Shown in pieces: positions 8,581 to 17,768 of a stretch of 33,982 nt of DNA; the first letter of the stretch is position 1, and the number at the start of each line of letters is the position of its first letter. The notes below the pieces were generated by a model that had not been told where the DNA came from, made no database searches, and was given only the letters and a program-made list of their open reading frames with translations. A program made the position numbers and the translations under genes. This DNA comes from a virus (lineage: Duplodnaviria > Caudoviricetes): positions 1 through 33,982 of the IMG/VR virus record IMGVR_UViG_3300023218_000192. The stretch is one strand, 5' to 3'.

Positions 8581-9488
8581 GCAAGCGCCCCCTCGCCTGG
8601 CACGACCTCGTCGGCTACAGCCTCCTCGGCGGGCTCCTGGCCTTGCTCTTGTCCGCCGCGTGGACGCTGGCCGCCGAGCCGGCGAAGCCCGAGCAGCGCC
8701 TGATTCACTTCGCCTACTACGGCCTCGGCAAGACGCTCGACGGCGGCATCCGCGTCGACGTCCGCCGAGAGCCCGGCCCCGACTTCTGGGCCGCCGAGTT
8801 CCGCGAGCGGCTGCTGCCCGTCCACGACCGCGGCGCCGACCGCCTGCTCATCAGCAACCCCTTCGGCACGATCAAGGGCGAGCCGATGGCGTTCGACCAG
8901 CAGCTCGACGCCCGCGAGGCGGGGCTCGGCTGGTTGGCCGACGGCTACTACCCGGCCCTCGACGCCGCCCTGGCCTTGCACCCGGACCTGCACGTCGTGA
9001 CCTACCTCGGCACGCCCGAGGACGACGCCGACTTCGACGTCCACCCGGCCGCCGCGTGGGAGCGGGCGTTGGAGGTCGTCGCCCCGATCGAGGCGTTGGC
9101 CGCGAAGTACCCCGGCCGCGTCGGCATCGGGCTCGACCACGTGACGCACCTGCCGCCGGACTCCATGCCGCGGGCGTTGGCTGACCGGCTTTGTCGCAAC
9201 GGCGTGCGGGTCTTCGTCGAGGGCTGGTACAAGGCCGGGCAGGAGCACTGGCTCGACTTCGACGTGATCGTGATGGAGTTCCAGTACCGCAAGGCCGCCG
9301 CCGGCGAGAAGTGGGCGGTGCCGGTGGCCGACGTGCCGGCCGAGCGGGAGGTCGTCCGCCTCATCACGGGCCGCGTGCCGGAAGCCGCCGAGCTTCGCGA
9401 GCGGCTGGACGATCCTGAGACGACCGCCGCCCACCTGCATCGGCTCTCGACGGGCGAGACGCGGGCGATCATGCCGACGGGTGAGTGA
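8577..9488 (+). CDS. Exported or membrane-anchored protein, possible TIM-barrel glycoside hydrolase
   Basis: N-terminal hydrophobic segment and alternating beta/alpha pattern ('RLLISNPFG', 'VVTYLG', 'IGLDH', 'VFVEG'). The fold assignment is inference. Confidence 0.5.
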   Translation: MSKRPLAWHDLVGYSLLGGLLALLLSAAWTLAAEPAKPEQRLIHFAYYGLGKTLDGGIRVDVRREPGPDFWAAEFRERLLPVHDRGADRLLISNPFGTIKGEPMAFDQQLDAREAGLGWLADGYYPALDAALALHPDLHVVTYLGTPEDDADFDVHPAAAWERALEVVAPIEALAAKYPGRVGIGLDHVTHLPPDSMPRALADRLCRNGVRVFVEGWYKAGQEHWLDFDVIVMEFQYRKAAAGEKWAVPVADVPAEREVVRLITGRVPEAAELRERLDDPETTAAHLHRLSTGETRAIMPTGE

Positions 9489-9492
9489 CCGG

Positions 9493-9505
9493 CTATCTAG
9501 CGGCG
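9493..9505 (+). promoter_or_regulatory. Late box copy 2, CTATCTAGCGGCG (one mismatch)
   Basis: Followed by an in-frame GTG at 9505, 5 nt after the heptamer. Confidence 0.7.
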
Positions 9506-10113
9506 TGGACTCCCCCCAAGACGCATCGGCCTACCCGGACTTCGTTGGCTCGCCCCGCGCCGCGAACCCGCCTGGCACAAAGCTCATCGGCGGCGAGGGC
9601 CGCGGCGGCGCCGGCCTGCACTTCGGGCCGGTCGGCTTGGTTGGCCCGGCCGAGCTGTTGGGCCCGGCGGGTTACCTGCTAGGCGGAACCGAGTACGAAG
9701 CGGTCGTGGCCAATCTGTTGCCGAGCTACAGGCATTCATCCAACCTGGGCTTCTCCGTCGGCAGTAGTTGGATCGTGACAAACTTTGAAGCCGACGGCTA
9801 CCTCGCTGAGCATTCGGTGCACATGCTCACCCGGTTTGAGCCGCCTCAACAGGTTACCAGCGCCATCCTCGCCATCGCCGATGGAGTTTGGTTCACCACC
9901 CCCGAGCAGTTTGTGGCCGGGGTCGGCGACATCGTCTCGTGGGGTACCGACGAACGCTGCATCATCGTCGAAACCTCGGGCTTCACGAATTTTCGCGTCT
10001 CGCGGGGCCGATTCGGCACAACAGAAGGCGACGACGCGACTGTAGACGACACGCTCACGATCCACTCCGTTGTCCCTGGCGTGCCGCGAGCAATCTGGAA
10101 AAGACTCGGCTGA
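9505..10113 (+). CDS. Hypothetical protein (possible virion accessory; lower-GC 3' part)
   Basis: GTG directly after the late box. TGATG coupling to the HNH gene. Confidence 0.65.
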   Translation: MDSPQDASAYPDFVGSPRAANPPGTKLIGGEGRGGAGLHFGPVGLVGPAELLGPAGYLLGGTEYEAVVANLLPSYRHSSNLGFSVGSSWIVTNFEADGYLAEHSVHMLTRFEPPQQVTSAILAIADGVWFTTPEQFVAGVGDIVSWGTDERCIIVETSGFTNFRVSRGRFGTTEGDDATVDDTLTIHSVVPGVPRAIWKRLG

Positions 10114-10493
10114 TGGCCGCCTCCTGCCGGCATCCCGGCTGCCCAACGCTGCTCCCGTCGCCCGGCTGGTGCGACCGCCACGCCGCCGAAGCGGCGGAGG
10201 CCTCCCGCCTGACAGACGCCCGGCGGGACCCCGAGGCCCGCCGCATCTACGCCTCGAAGCGGTGGCATCGAGTCCGGCGCCGAATCCTCGACCGCGACCC
10301 GATCTGCCGGCTCTGCCGCAAGGCATTCGCCGAGCACGCTCACCACGTCCAGAAGATCAAGGACCGGCCCGACCTCGCCTACGACGAGGACAACCTCGTC
10401 GGCGTCTGCGGCCCGTGCCACCCGGCGGCCGAGCGCGTTCCGGCCGCGCAGTGGGGTAACCCGTCAGAGACTTTTGTCGCCTCGCGCCGCTGA
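10113..10493 (+). CDS. HNH endonuclease (HK97 gp74-like packaging cofactor)
   Basis: 'YASKRWHRVRRRILDRDPICRLC...HHVQ...DEDNLVGVCGPCH', directly upstream of terS. Confidence 0.9.
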   Translation: MAASCRHPGCPTLLPSPGWCDRHAAEAAEASRLTDARRDPEARRIYASKRWHRVRRRILDRDPICRLCRKAFAEHAHHVQKIKDRPDLAYDEDNLVGVCGPCHPAAERVPAAQWGNPSETFVASRR

Positions 10494-10616
10494 CCGAACC
10501 CAACCTGTTCCGTGTTCACGGGACCTATTTGACTTTCCCGGCGGGCCCCCGGAACGGCCAGAAAACCAAGGATTCCCGCACGTTGGGCGGCGGCCGCTTG
10601 GGTACCGCCCCCGCGG
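10494..10616. other. Candidate cos/packaging region
   Basis: Non-coding gap between HNH and terS, the usual cos position in HK97-like phages. The exact cos sequence was not identified. Confidence 0.4.
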
Positions 10617-10629
10617 CTACCTAGCGGCG
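10617..10629 (+). promoter_or_regulatory. Late box copy 3
   Basis: Exact CTACCTAGCGGCG; the last G begins the terS GTG. Confidence 0.8.
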
Positions 10630-11030
10630 TGCCGCGAGGACCCAAGCCCAGGCCGAAGAAGCAGGCCGGGGCGTCGGCCCCGAAGCCGCCGTCGGGCGTC
10701 CTCGGCCGGGACGCGGCTCGCGAGTACGCCCGCGTCGTCAAGCTGCTCGCCCCGCACCGCGTGCTCACGACGGCCGACCGGGCGGCGCTCACCGTGTACG
10801 CCTCGGCCGTCGCCCAGTACCACCAGGCCGAGCGGCTCATCGCCAAGGAGGGGATCCGGGTGTTCACCGAGAAGGGCGAGATCGTGCACCCGGCAGTGAA
10901 CGTGCAGACGAAGGCCTGGGACCGTATCCGCGTGCTGCTGGCCGAGTTCGGCTTCAGCCCGGCGGCGAGGGCCCGGCTCAAGCTCGGCGAAGACCGCGAC
11001 CAGGAGCCGGATGACGGCTTCGACCTCTGA
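10629..11030 (+). CDS. terS: Terminase small subunit, P27 family
   Basis: 'MPRGPKP', 'HPAVNVQ', 'LAEFGFSPAARARL'. Confidence 0.92.
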   Translation: MPRGPKPRPKKQAGASAPKPPSGVLGRDAAREYARVVKLLAPHRVLTTADRAALTVYASAVAQYHQAERLIAKEGIRVFTEKGEIVHPAVNVQTKAWDRIRVLLAEFGFSPAARARLKLGEDRDQEPDDGFDL

Positions 11031-12684
11031 CGCATCGGCGCCCGCCGTCCCCGAGACGTGGCGGTCGCTCTGGGAGAGCTGGCGGCTCGGCCTCGACGAT
11101 GGCGGCGGGCTCTACTACTACGACGCCGACCAGGCCCAGCGGGCCGTCCGGTTCATCCAGACCTTCTGCCGGCACCTCGAGGGCGACCACGCCGGCAAGC
11201 CGTTCCTGCTCGACGAGTGGGAGCTGATGATGGTGCGGGACCTCTGGGGCTGGCGCCGCGTGAGCGACGGCCGCAAGCGGTTCAGCGAGAGCTACTGCGA
11301 AGGCCCCAAGGGCTGCGGGAAGACGGCGTTCGCGTCGGCGCTGGCCCTCTTCGGCCTCTGCGGAGAGGGCACGGCCGGCGCCGAGGTCTACACCGTCGCC
11401 GGCAACACGCTGCAGAGCTCGATCGCCTTCGCCGGGGCGAAGGGCATGTCCGAGAAGCACCCGCGGCTCGAGAAGGCGATCGTGCGGAAGCAATTCGAGC
11501 TGCTCCACCCGAAGTCGGGCTCGAAGCTCCGCGTCCTCAGCGGCAAGGGCGAGGGGAAACACGGCCTCAAGCCCAGCCTCGTCATCGGCGACGAGCTGCA
11601 CGAGTGGGCCGGGCGCGACCTCTACGACTCGATCAGCTCCGCGACGATGAAGCGGGAGTGCCTGGCGATCTGGCTCACGAACGCCGGCGTCGACACGCAC
11701 AGCGTCTGCTACGAGCTCCGCCAGCGGGCCGAGCGGGTGCTCGAGGGCGAGTCGGCCGAGGAGAGCTTCTACCCGGTGCTCTTCGGCCCCGTGGACCCGG
11801 ACCCGAAGCACTGGCAGAACCCGGCCCTCTGGGAGGCGACGCACCCGGGCATCGGCACGACCGTCAAGCTTGAGGACATCGCCCGCGAGTGGAAGAAGGC
11901 GGAGGGCACGCCCGCGCTGCTGCCGCGGAACGCGCGCCTCTACCTCGGCGTCTGGACGCAGACCGCCGACAGCTGGATCCGCATCGACAAGTGGGACGCC
12001 TGCGTCGACGACCCGCCGGCCGACGAGGTTCTCGCCAAGCTGCCGTGCTACCTCGGCCTCGACCTCTCGCTCACCGACGACCTCACCGCCAGGGCGGCCG
12101 TCTGGCACGACGAGGCCGCCGACGTCGTCTGGGCCAAGGTCCGGCAGTGGATGCCCCGGTCGAAGGCCGCGGAGTACGAGCAGCGCGACCTCACGCCCTA
12201 CGCCGAGTGGGCCGGGATGGGCGTGCTCGAGCTGACGGAGGGCAAGGTCGTCGACCACGACGCCGTCGTCGAGGACGTGCTCGCCGTGGCGGCGGCGAAC
12301 GACGTCAAGGCCGTCTGCTACGACGCCTGGCGGGCGGGGAAGCTGACGAACCGGCTCGAGGACGAGGGCCTGCCGTGCGTCGCGGTGCGGCAGAGCTTCA
12401 GTGGCGTGGGCCCGGCGATGGCAGAGATCGAGCGCCGGCTGAAGGCGGGCCCGTCTTCGCTGCGGCTGCCGCGCGACCCGCTGTTGCGGTGGCAGGCGGG
12501 GAACCTCGAGGTCAAGGCGGACGACGCGGGCAACGTCCGGCCGGTCAAGCACGCCGCGAAGGGCGACTACGCCGGCACGCGGTCGAAGAAGATCGACGGC
12601 GTGATGGCCCTGATCTTCGCGCTCAGCAGGGTGGCCCTCGGCGGCGTCGAGGCGGAGGGCGGCCTGGTCGTCGCGTGGGCCTGA
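11011..12684 (+). CDS. terL: Terminase large subunit
   Basis: Walker A 'PKGCGKT', Walker B 'VIGDELH', nuclease 'LGLDLS..DDLTA', 'YDAW', 'KIDGVMA'. Confidence 0.95.
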   Translation: MTASTSDASAPAVPETWRSLWESWRLGLDDGGGLYYYDADQAQRAVRFIQTFCRHLEGDHAGKPFLLDEWELMMVRDLWGWRRVSDGRKRFSESYCEGPKGCGKTAFASALALFGLCGEGTAGAEVYTVAGNTLQSSIAFAGAKGMSEKHPRLEKAIVRKQFELLHPKSGSKLRVLSGKGEGKHGLKPSLVIGDELHEWAGRDLYDSISSATMKRECLAIWLTNAGVDTHSVCYELRQRAERVLEGESAEESFYPVLFGPVDPDPKHWQNPALWEATHPGIGTTVKLEDIAREWKKAEGTPALLPRNARLYLGVWTQTADSWIRIDKWDACVDDPPADEVLAKLPCYLGLDLSLTDDLTARAAVWHDEAADVVWAKVRQWMPRSKAAEYEQRDLTPYAEWAGMGVLELTEGKVVDHDAVVEDVLAVAAANDVKAVCYDAWRAGKLTNRLEDEGLPCVAVRQSFSGVGPAMAEIERRLKAGPSSLRLPRDPLLRWQAGNLEVKADDAGNVRPVKHAAKGDYAGTRSKKIDGVMALIFALSRVALGGVEAEGGLVVAWA

Positions 12685-12688
12685 TGCC

Positions 12689-12701
12689 CTACCTAGCGGC
12701 G
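12689..12701 (+). promoter_or_regulatory. Late box copy 4
   Basis: Exact 13-mer filling the terL-portal gap; GTG at 12701. Confidence 0.8.
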
Positions 12702-13984
12702 TGCCGGACACGCCCGACGACCGCCAGGCGGAACACTTCTCCGCGACCGTGATCAGCTCTCGCCGGCCCGGCGAGGACCCGATCGGCCGCGACGAGCTGA
12801 TGCCGCTCGACGAGCACACGGCGATGGGGATGCCGGCCTACTTCAGCGGCGTCCGGTTCCTCAGCTCGGCGCTGGCGATGCTGCCGGCGGGCACGTACCG
12901 GCGGACCGAGACCGGCCGCGAGCCGCTCGGGGGCCGCCCGGCCCGCATCCTGCAGCGGGGCGTGAACGAGCTCGTCACGAACGCCGTCTTCTGGGAGACG
13001 TTCTGGCACCACGCCGTCACGTGGGGCAACGGCTACGCGCTGATTGAGCGAGACCGTGCCGGGACCCCGCAGGCCCTCTACAACCTGCCGCCGGATCGCG
13101 TGGTGCCCCTTCGGGTGGACGGGCAGACGTGGTACGCGATGCGGAACGACGACGGCGTGACGCCGGTGCGGGCCCGGAACGTGCTTCACGTGCCCGGTCT
13201 CGGCTTCGACGGGCTCAAGGGCTACCAGCCGATCCGGGTGCTCGCCGACGCGATGGGCCTCGGCCGGTCCGCCGCCCGCTGGGCGAAGAAGTTCTACGAG
13301 GAGGGCGCCCACTTGGGCGGCGTCATCAGCAGCGAGGCGAAGCTCACGCCCGAGCAGCTCGCCGACGTCCGGGCCGAGATCAACGAGCGGCACAGCGGCC
13401 TCGACAAGGCCGCCCGCTGGATGGTCTTGATGGGCGGGGCGAGCGTGACGCCGCTGGGGGCGCCGCCCGAGACGGCCAAGCTCGTCGAGGTCTTGGGCGT
13501 GAGCGTGAACCAGGTCGCCCAGATCCTCCGCGTCCCGCCCCACGTGCTCTACGACCTCGGCCGGGCGACCTGGGCGAACATCGAGCACATGGGCCGCGAG
13601 CTGGTCCAGTTCACGCTCGGGCCCTGGCTGGTGAAGGCCGAGCAGGAGCTGGGCCGCAAGCTCTTCACGAGGCCCGAGCGGGACCGCGGGGCGTTCGTGA
13701 AGTTCAACGTGGACGCGCTGCTCCGCGGCGACCACAAGGCCCGGCTCGACGGCTACCGGCTGGGCCTGTCGGAGGGCATCTACACGGTGAACGAGGTCCG
13801 CCGCATGGAGGACCTGCCGCCGATCCGCGAGCCGTGGGCCGACGCGCACCGCGTGCCGGCCAACGCCATGCCGGCCTCCCGCCTGACGGCCCCGGCGCTA
13901 CCTAGCGGCGATGAAGACGCCGATCGAGAGGTTCGACCGCCGGGCGACGAGCCCGACGCGGCTGGCGATGCCGGCGCTGATTGA
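12701..13984 (+). CDS. Portal protein, HK97 family
   Basis: 'WGNGYALIER', 'VLHVPGLGFDGLKGY', 'RVPPH', 'NIE', 'TVNEVRRMEDLPP'. Confidence 0.95.
   Translation: MPDTPDDRQAEHFSATVISSRRPGEDPIGRDELMPLDEHTAMGMPAYFSGVRFLSSALAMLPAGTYRRTETGREPLGGRPARILQRGVNELVTNAVFWETFWHHAVTWGNGYALIERDRAGTPQALYNLPPDRVVPLRVDGQTWYAMRNDDGVTPVRARNVLHVPGLGFDGLKGYQPIRVLADAMGLGRSAARWAKKFYEEGAHLGGVISSEAKLTPEQLADVRAEINERHSGLDKAARWMVLMGGASVTPLGAPPETAKLVEVLGVSVNQVAQILRVPPHVLYDLGRATWANIEHMGRELVQFTLGPWLVKAEQELGRKLFTRPERDRGAFVKFNVDALLRGDHKARLDGYRLGLSEGIYTVNEVRRMEDLPPIREPWADAHRVPANAMPASRLTAPALPSGDEDADREVRPPGDEPDAAGDAGAD
13898..13910 (+). promoter_or_regulatory. Late box copy 5 (inside the portal 3' end)
   Basis: Exact 13-mer immediately followed by ATG at 13911. 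Confidence 0.8.
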
Positions 13985-15968
13985 GCGGTTCGACGCCCGC
14001 CGCGGCAGCTCGTCGCCGGGCACGGTGGCGGGATTCGTGCTGCGGTACGGCCAGCTCAGCGGCGACCGCGGCGGCTACCGCGTGCGCCTCGAGCCCGGAT
14101 CGCTGCGGATGCCGACCGACCGCGATGTCCGGGCCCTCTACAGCCACGACGAGACGCACATCCTCGGCCGGACCGGCAACGGCACGCTCCGCCTCGAGGA
14201 CACGGCCGACGGCCTCGCCTTCGAGCTTGACCTGCCCGCCACGTCCGTCGGCCGAGACGTGGCCGAGCTGCTCCGCCGCGGCGACGTGAGCGGCATGAGC
14301 TTCGGCACCTACCCGGTCGACATGCGATGGGAGATGCAGGCGGGCGAGGAGGTCATGGTCTACGAGGCCTTCGAGCTCGACGAGGTGACCATCACCGGCA
14401 ACCCCGCCTTCGGCGACACGCTCGCCGAGCTGGTCCCGGCCGAATCCGCCGAGGCCGCTACCTACGCGGGAATGTTCAGCCGCACCCCGATCCACCGTGA
14501 CGCCGGCGACGGCGAGAACCGCCCGCAGACCTTCACCGGTCGGCCCGGCCCGAGCAACCGCTCGGTCGCGACGACCGCCGGCGAACAGGACGGGCAGCGC
14601 GAGCAGCGCGCCGACCAGGGCGCCGACCAGGGCGGCGAGCAGCAGGGCGAGCAGGGCCGCCAACCCAACACACCGGCCGCCCGCTTCGCCGCCGATCGCG
14701 ACCGGGCCCGCGAGCTCGTCGACCACACCCGCGCCGACGGCCGGCAGATGACCGCCGAGGAGCGCAAGGAGTTCGACCGCCTCCGCAACCGGATGGAGGC
14801 GTTCATGGAGAACCAGGACGCCGAGCGGCAGATCGCCGAGTTCGAGCGTGCCGGCCGCTCCCAGCGCGTCGGCGAGGCCGGCGAGCAGGGCGACGACCAG
14901 GACCAGCGCGGCACCCGCGAGGAGCGGCAGGCGTTCAACCGCGCCCGCGACCTGGCGACCAGCGGCGCCGGCCCCGTCACCGGCGGCCGCGGCGACGACG
15001 ACGCCCAGCTCTACCGCGAGCACGCCGGCGCGGTCGAGGAGTTCATGCGGACCGGCCGCACCGACGCCCTGCAGCGGTTCGCCCAGCGGCAGGCCCGCGG
15101 CGGCCGCGAGGAGTTCATCACGACCACCGGCTCCAACGGCGGGATCCTCCTGCCGGTCAACCTCGAGGCGAATTCCACCCGTCGAAGCTCCGACGCCTAC
15201 CGGCTCGCCCTGGCCGCCCGCGGCGTGCCCGTCCGCCGGGCGACGAGCACCGACAGCGTGCGCGTGATCACCGAGGACGACGAGGGCAACACCGCGGAGG
15301 TCATCGCCGAGGACGCCTCGGCGGACAACCCGCTGGACCCCGATCGCGGGGCGACCCTCCTGCTGCCCAACCGGCTGCACCGCGGCAAGACGCAGTGGTT
15401 CAGCAACACTGAGCTGGCCACGACCCTCGACCTCCTGCAGTTCGTCGAGACGCGGCAGGACCGCCGCATCGACCGCCTCCGCGAGGCCGACTTCTCCACC
15501 AAGATCCTCGCCAACGCGACCAACGTCGTCACGGGCTCGAGCACCACGGGGATCACGTACCAGGAGGTCCTCGAACTCAAGTACACGATCCGCCCCGCGG
15601 ACCGCATGTACGGCGTCTTCGTCATCAGCGACGGGCTCGCCCAAGCGCTCGAGGGCCTCGAGGACAGCGAGGGTCGCCCGCTCTACGTGCGGAGCATCAA
15701 GGACGGCGGGGTCGACTTCCTCGCCGGCTGGCCGGTCATCCCGGCCGAGAGCCTGCCCGCCCCGGCGGCCAACGCGAAGACGCTGATCGCGGCAACGGCC
15801 GAGGCTCTCCACATGATCGACGTCGTCAGCGGCCGCGCCGCCCCGCGCATGGCCCGGTACGAGAACCTGCCGACGCATCCCGACCAGGTCGGCTTCCAGA
15901 AGTTCGCCAACGGCGACGCCAACTTCGAGGACTACGGCGTGGCCGTGTTCCGCCAGGCGGCGTCCTGA
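13911..15968 (+). CDS. Fused HK97-type prohead protease, scaffold-like region and major capsid protein
   Basis: Protease: 'ALYSHD..HILGRT.NGTLRL', 'GDVSGMSFG', 'EVTITGNPAF'. Then a charged coiled-coil region, then capsid motifs 'GGILLP', 'LEDSEGRPLY', 'LAGWPV', 'DQVGF'. Confidence 0.9.
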   Translation: MKTPIERFDRRATSPTRLAMPALIERFDARRGSSSPGTVAGFVLRYGQLSGDRGGYRVRLEPGSLRMPTDRDVRALYSHDETHILGRTGNGTLRLEDTADGLAFELDLPATSVGRDVAELLRRGDVSGMSFGTYPVDMRWEMQAGEEVMVYEAFELDEVTITGNPAFGDTLAELVPAESAEAATYAGMFSRTPIHRDAGDGENRPQTFTGRPGPSNRSVATTAGEQDGQREQRADQGADQGGEQQGEQGRQPNTPAARFAADRDRARELVDHTRADGRQMTAEERKEFDRLRNRMEAFMENQDAERQIAEFERAGRSQRVGEAGEQGDDQDQRGTREERQAFNRARDLATSGAGPVTGGRGDDDAQLYREHAGAVEEFMRTGRTDALQRFAQRQARGGREEFITTTGSNGGILLPVNLEANSTRRSSDAYRLALAARGVPVRRATSTDSVRVITEDDEGNTAEVIAEDASADNPLDPDRGATLLLPNRLHRGKTQWFSNTELATTLDLLQFVETRQDRRIDRLREADFSTKILANATNVVTGSSTTGITYQEVLELKYTIRPADRMYGVFVISDGLAQALEGLEDSEGRPLYVRSIKDGGVDFLAGWPVIPAESLPAPAANAKTLIAATAEALHMIDVVSGRAAPRMARYENLPTHPDQVGFQKFANGDANFEDYGVAVFRQAAS
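14458..14474 (+). promoter_or_regulatory. Late box copy 6 with internal in-frame ATG (capsid-only start at 14472)
   Basis: CTACCTA-CGCGGGA-ATG, placed just after the protease domain and in frame with 13911. Confidence 0.65.
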
Positions 15969-16008
15969 TCCTTCGTCGGCGCGGCGCGTTGCCGCGGTTC
16001 CTCCGGGA

Positions 16009-16046
16009 GCGCCCTCGGCCCTTGAAAGCCGGGGGCGTTTCTGTTG
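16009..16046 (+). terminator. Intrinsic terminator after the capsid gene
   Basis: CGCCCTCGGC-loop-GCCGGGGGCG followed by TTTCTGTT. Confidence 0.6.
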
Positions 16047-16050
16047 GCGG

Positions 16051-16063
16051 CTACCTACGGGCG
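16051..16063 (+). promoter_or_regulatory. Late box copy 7, CTACCTACGGGCG
   Basis: Directly after the terminator; ATG at 16064. Confidence 0.75.
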
Positions 16064-16369
16064 ATGCTGATCCGATTCCTGCAGACCCTCGCCAAGCCCG
16101 GGCGCTGCCTGCCCAAGGGCTCGATTCACGACGTGCCCGAGAACGAGGCCCGGCACCTCATTGCCCGCGGCGTCGCCGAGGAGGCACCGAGCTACACGCC
16201 AGAGGCCCTCGACGCCCGGGCGAAGCAGCTCGACGAGCGGGAGAAGGCCGTGGCCGAGCGCGAGGCGGCGGTGGCCGAGGCCGAGAAGGCCGCCGCCGAC
16301 GCCGACGCGAAGGGCGGCAAGGGCAAGCAGAAGCAGACCGCCGACGCGAAGCCCTCCGAGAAGCCCTGA
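16064..16369 (+). CDS. Small capsid-adjacent hypothetical protein
   Basis: 'GSIHDVPENEARHLIARGVAE' pattern, common in genes that follow HK97 capsids. Confidence 0.7.
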   Translation: MLIRFLQTLAKPGRCLPKGSIHDVPENEARHLIARGVAEEAPSYTPEALDARAKQLDEREKAVAEREAAVAEAEKAAADADAKGGKGKQKQTADAKPSEKP

Positions 16370-16404
16370 GCCGCCGCGAATCCACCCCGTCCGCACCCCG
16401 ACGC

Positions 16405-16974
16405 ATGCAGTGGGCCGCCACCGAGGTCGTCACGCCGCCGGCCGTCACGCCGATCAGCTTCGACGAGGCGGCGGAGCACCTGCGCCTGGACGGCGAGGGC
16501 GAGCGGGCGACCGTCGAGCTCTTCATCGCCTCGGCCGTCGCCCACGCCGAGGGCGAGATGCAGCGGTCGCTCATCAAGCGCACGCTGCGGGCGATCTCCG
16601 ACCTCGGCCGGCCCAAGCGGCACCCGCGGCCGATCCACGTCGAGTGGGGCCTGCCGATGGGCCCCGTCTCGTCGATCGTCAGCGTCGACGGCGACGACAC
16701 GGTCCCGACGCAGCTCATCCGCCACGCCGGCCGGGAGTTCGCCCGCCTGCCCGACGACTACGACTACGCGAACGACGACCTCCGCATCGTCTACCACGCC
16801 GGCTACGGCGATCAGCCCGCGGACGTCCCGGCGGACATCCGCCTCGCGCTGCTGATGCACGTCGCCCACCTCTTCCGCCACCGCGAGGCCGCGACCGAGC
16901 GCCCGCAGCACGCCGTCGCCCACGGCCTCGAGGCGATCTACGCCCGGCACCGCGTCGGCGGCGTCGCCACCTGA
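16405..16974 (+). CDS. Head-tail connector (HK97 gp6-like)
   Basis: 'PISFDEAAEHLRLD', 'YHAGYG...VPADIRLALLMHVAHLFRHRE'. Confidence 0.9.
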   Translation: MQWAATEVVTPPAVTPISFDEAAEHLRLDGEGERATVELFIASAVAHAEGEMQRSLIKRTLRAISDLGRPKRHPRPIHVEWGLPMGPVSSIVSVDGDDTVPTQLIRHAGREFARLPDDYDYANDDLRIVYHAGYGDQPADVPADIRLALLMHVAHLFRHREAATERPQHAVAHGLEAIYARHRVGGVAT

Positions 16975-16992
16975 GCCCCCCCCACACGGCCC

Positions 16993-17343
16993 ATGAGCCC
17001 CGTCGTCACGCCCAGCGCCGCCGGCCGGTTCCGCCACCGGGTCAAGGTCCGCACGCGGCAGGCTGCCGACAGCTCCCCGTTCGGCGAGCCCGGCTCGACG
17101 CTCTCCGCCGGCGTCGACCGTTGGGCCGAGGTCACGCCGCTCTCGGCGGAAGAGCGGATGAGCGACGGCGGCATGGCCAGCGACGTCACGCACCGCGTGC
17201 GGATGCGGCCGATGGAGGGCCTGTCGTCCGACGACGTCATCGAGTTCCAGGGCCGCGAGTTCGAGATCCGCGGCGTCGTCGACGTCGGCGAGGCGGGCGT
17301 CGAGCTGGTCGTCACCTGCTCCGAGAGGCGGGCCCTGCCATGA
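16993..17343 (+). CDS. Head closure protein / head-tail adaptor (SPP1 gp16-like)
   Basis: 'AGRFRHRV', 'WAEVTPLSAEE', 'THRVRMR', 'GREFEI'. Confidence 0.88.
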   Translation: MSPVVTPSAAGRFRHRVKVRTRQAADSSPFGEPGSTLSAGVDRWAEVTPLSAEERMSDGGMASDVTHRVRMRPMEGLSSDDVIEFQGREFEIRGVVDVGEAGVELVVTCSERRALP

Positions 17344-17768
17344 GGGGCGGCAAGTTCCAGGTCCGCGGGTCGAAGAAGGTCGAGAAAAAGCTCGCCCGGC
17401 TGAGCAGCAAGACATCCATCAAGCGCGTGCTCCGCCGCGCCGCCTCGGCGGCGACGACGCCGCTGCGGAAGGCGGTCGTGGCCGAGGCGCCCGTCGACAC
17501 CGGGGCGTACAAGAAGTCGATCGCCCGGGCGGTGACGATGAAGGGCTTCATCGTCGACGGTCGCGTCGGCCCGCGGAAGAACTTCCGCGTCGGCGACCGG
17601 GTGCCCGGGCTCTACAGCCACCTGCTCGAGTTCGGGACGCAGGACATGCCGGCCGCGGCCCCGCTCCGCCGCGGGTACGACAAGGCGAAGGCGGAGATGC
17701 AGCGGACCTACGCCGAGAAGATGCGGCAGGGCCTGATGGACGAGGCCCGCAAGCTCTCCCGCCGCTGA
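17340..17768 (+). CDS. HK97 gp10-like neck/tail component
   Basis: ATG at 17340 (ATGA overlap), 'APVDTGAYKKSI', 'HLLEFGTQDMPA'. Confidence 0.88.
   Translation: MRGGKFQVRGSKKVEKKLARLSSKTSIKRVLRRAASAATTPLRKAVVAEAPVDTGAYKKSIARAVTMKGFIVDGRVGPRKNFRVGDRVPGLYSHLLEFGTQDMPAAAPLRRGYDKAKAEMQRTYAEKMRQGLMDEARKLSRR

Noticed and set aside
1288-9008. CTACCTG/CTACCTC near-matches inside coding regions (e.g. near 1289, 5236, 7845, 9002)
   Set aside because: These are ordinary Tyr-Leu codon pairs that lack the final A, the GC-rich spacer and a correctly spaced start.
14590-14660. Short tandem repeats (GCCGACCAGGGC x2, GAGCAG runs) in the capsid gene
   Set aside because: They encode a low-complexity Gln/Glu/Gly linker in the scaffold-like region, with no evidence of a separate DNA-level role.
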